This document shows positions 23,829 to 25,601 of a stretch of DNA of 25,601 nt, piece after piece. The stretch's first letter is position 1. Each line of letters opens with the position of its first letter. The DNA comes from a virus (lineage: Duplodnaviria > Caudoviricetes): positions 1-25,601 of IMG/VR virus record IMGVR_UViG_3300031470_000003; one strand, 5' to 3'. The notes under the pieces are model-generated. The model saw nothing but the letters and a program-made list of their open reading frames with translations. It was not told the origin of the DNA and made no database searches. The translations under genes and the position numbers were made by a program.

Positions 23829-23953
23829 CGTGCACCGGTCAGTGTTGCGGCGTCCGCCAACCCCACACGAGCAAACCGAAGTGCGCGGGTGAAGGGGATG
23901 CGGGTGCCGTCCAAACCCCGGCGCATCCGCATGGCCAACAGGTAGGCGGTCAT
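23825..23953 (-). CDS. Small hypothetical protein (42 aa)
   Basis: MTAYLLAMRMRRGLDGTRIPFTRALRFARVGLADAATLTGAR; ATGA overlaps at both ends; GGAGG RBS. Confidence 0.55.
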   Translation of the reverse strand: MTAYLLAMRMRRGLDGTRIPFTRALRFARVGLADAATLTGAR

Positions 23954-24102
23954 TTTGCGTTGCCTCCCATGTTCGCAAGGAGAATCTGCCCGACCACGGT
24001 CAAGGCTTGCTGCTCGCTGAAGCCCTCAAGGGTCAGCGCCACGTACGTCTGCCACATCGCTGAGGCGAACATCCGAATATCGGCGGCCGGTTCGGTGTTC
24101 AT
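23950..24102 (-). CDS. Small hypothetical protein (50 aa)
   Basis: MNTEPAADIRMFASAMWQTYVALTLEGFSEQQALTVV...; ATGA-coupled. Confidence 0.7.
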   Translation of the reverse strand: MNTEPAADIRMFASAMWQTYVALTLEGFSEQQALTVVGQILLANMGGNAK

Positions 24103-24314
24103 GTCGTCGCCTCGCTCGCGTCGGCGGCGGCCAGGAGAGCAGCAGCGAGGGAACGGGCCTCGTCGGCGTCGAGGTATAGGTCGCCATCGCGCAACCACAC
24201 CTCCACCCTTTCGCTTCCGGGATCAGCTGCAACCTCGAACAGAGTCGAGGTGAACACGGGCTTGCCACAGGAGCTGTAGTGCGTCTCGGGCAGGTCCACG
24301 GTCGCGGCGCTCAC
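24099..24314 (-). CDS. Hypothetical protein
   Basis: GTGA-coupled; LDADEARSLAAALLAAAD motif common in actinophage small proteins. Confidence 0.7.
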   Translation of the reverse strand: MSAATVDLPETHYSSCGKPVFTSTLFEVAADPGSERVEVWLRDGDLYLDADEARSLAAALLAAADASEATT

Positions 24315-24580
24315 AGCCCCACCACCGTGCTGATGCCCTGCCACACGATCCGGCCCACCACCAACAACACCAACACCGCGGCGACGTCCAGCAGCACCCA
24401 CACAGCCACCCTGTGCAACGGGGACATCTCCGGTTCGGGTTGTGCGTCGAGGTGGGCTGTCCAGGCGGCGAGCTGGTCGCAGTCCGTCCATACCGGGTTC
24501 ACCGCATCGAGTGAGAACCCGGACGGGTGTCGTCGCATTGCTGCGTCGACATCGGCGTTCCGGGCGTCGCGGGCGTTCAT
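24311..24580 (-). CDS. Membrane-anchored hypothetical protein
   Basis: ATGA-coupled; MRRHPSG motif and C-terminal TM segment VAVWVLLDVAAVLVLLVVG. Confidence 0.7.
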   Translation of the reverse strand: MNARDARNADVDAAMRRHPSGFSLDAVNPVWTDCDQLAAWTAHLDAQPEPEMSPLHRVAVWVLLDVAAVLVLLVVGRIVWQGISTVVGL

Positions 24581-24963
24581 GCCGAACAACCCAGTGCGCC
24601 GTCGTTGAAGCGGGCCACCACAGCGGGGTCAACACCCGTCAACCGCAGCAAGGCGGGGTCCACCCCAACCTCCACCACCGTGCCGGCGACGAGGGGGTTG
24701 CCGCCGGGGCTGTCCGTGGCATAGGCGATGAGGGCGGGCAGGTGGTGGGAGCACACCAGCCCGTCGCGGTTCAGGAAGTCCACGGGCGAGGCATCGCCGG
24801 GGAGGTCTTCCACCATGTACGACACGTACGCGATCACCGGGGCGAGGCAGTCGTTCTGCCATTCGCACTGCCCGATAGTGGCCCACGGCTCGCGGTCCAG
24901 GTACCAGCGGGTGTCCGGGGTGTTCAGCAGGCGGGGCCAGTCCAACACGGTGAGGGTGCTCAT
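24577..24963 (-). CDS. Hypothetical protein
   Basis: 128 aa; CEWQNDC...VCSHH; ATGA-coupled. Confidence 0.7.
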   Translation of the reverse strand: MSTLTVLDWPRLLNTPDTRWYLDREPWATIGQCEWQNDCLAPVIAYVSYMVEDLPGDASPVDFLNRDGLVCSHHLPALIAYATDSPGGNPLVAGTVVEVGVDPALLRLTGVDPAVVARFNDGALGCSA

Positions 24964-25592
24964 GACGTCGCCAACTCACGCATACGTGCTTGATAGGCAG
25001 CGGATTTCACTCCGAGGTCATCAAACGTCGCGTGACAGCGATTGCAGCGAGGCGCGTAGTGCTCCGCCTTGAGGCTGTATGCCAAGCCTCGGTCTACCAT
25101 CTGATCCGGGTCATTGTGGTCGTACGACCAGTGCGCACCCAGCCCATTGCAGTCAACGCACGGATGCGCCGCTGCCGGTCCTCGATCTCTCCTCAGCCTG
25201 GCATGCACTGTCACGTACGCGGCGTTTTCGACGCGCGCTCTACCGCCCCGCTTTTCGCGGATTCTACCGTCCAGCTTGGCGCATGACGTTATTTCACCAG
25301 ACCGCAACTTTGACGCTGGAACATTCCTCGACTTACCACAGATGCACTCACAACGCCATCTGGCATTCCCAATCGACTCAGTGACCGTCAAGCGCCCGAA
25401 TTGCATACCGGTCAGGTTGAGTACGCGGGGCTTGTTGACAACTCTTGGGGCGGGGACTCGACGCGGTTTCACGTAGAACGGATCGCCGTGGCGATACCAC
25501 CTCATGTAGTGAGAGCAGCACATCTTTTTGTATTGGTAGCAGGGCATTTCGCACCTGTCCACTGAGCACGTTTTCTTGCTAACCTCTTGCAT
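24960..25592 (-). CDS. HNH-type (homing) endonuclease with modular DNA-binding domains
   Basis: CSVDRC...CCSHYMRWYRHGDP zinc module; LTGMQFGRLTV...WRCECICG...LRSG..TSC module; C-terminal VHARL...CVDC...WSYDH...Y.PRCNRCH; GAGGA RBS; lower GC. Confidence 0.8.
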   Translation of the reverse strand: MQEVSKKTCSVDRCEMPCYQYKKMCCSHYMRWYRHGDPFYVKPRRVPAPRVVNKPRVLNLTGMQFGRLTVTESIGNARWRCECICGKSRNVPASKLRSGEITSCAKLDGRIREKRGGRARVENAAYVTVHARLRRDRGPAAAHPCVDCNGLGAHWSYDHNDPDQMVDRGLAYSLKAEHYAPRCNRCHATFDDLGVKSAAYQARMRELATS

Positions 25593-25601
25593 ATCGTCCT
25601 C

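Larger units (their letters stand above)
1..25601 (-). mobile_element. Tailed phage/prophage segment (contractile-tail type, probable actinobacterial host); both ends lie outside the window
   Basis: Canonical order terS-terL-portal-head-neck-sheath-tube-chaperone-tape measure, preceded by WhiB, RusA-like and HNH genes. No host housekeeping genes. No integrase or att site in the window, so free phage versus prophage is undetermined. Confidence 0.95.

Overview
A high-GC, actinobacteriophage- or prophage-like segment (WhiB gene; chains of ATGA/GTGA-coupled ORFs), encoded almost entirely on the minus strand. Read right to left it holds an HNH-type endonuclease, about 15 short early/middle genes including WhiB and a RusA-like resolvase, a CxxC-containing putative late regulator, and a ~370-nt non-coding gap containing a strongly base-paired RNA-like element. 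Next come nine more small ORFs, TerS, TerL, portal, several unusual head-region genes, a Mu gpF-like head protein, a 3-gene cassette on the opposite strand, a protease/scaffold, the major capsid protein, neck and completion genes, and a contractile-tail module (sheath, tube, frameshifted tail assembly chaperone, start of the tape measure). The most notable feature is that TerL is split in the middle of its Walker A motif at a G_GGA_AAA heptamer followed 5 nt later by a perfect 7-bp hairpin, which is the architecture of a programmed -1 frameshift. A homopolymer sequencing error or a mutation cannot be excluded from this sequence alone. Also notable are the structured late-leader RNA and a basic protein with seven AT-hook-like repeats. 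No integrase, lysin, tRNA or CRISPR array was seen. All product calls come from motif recognition and synteny; no database search was run.
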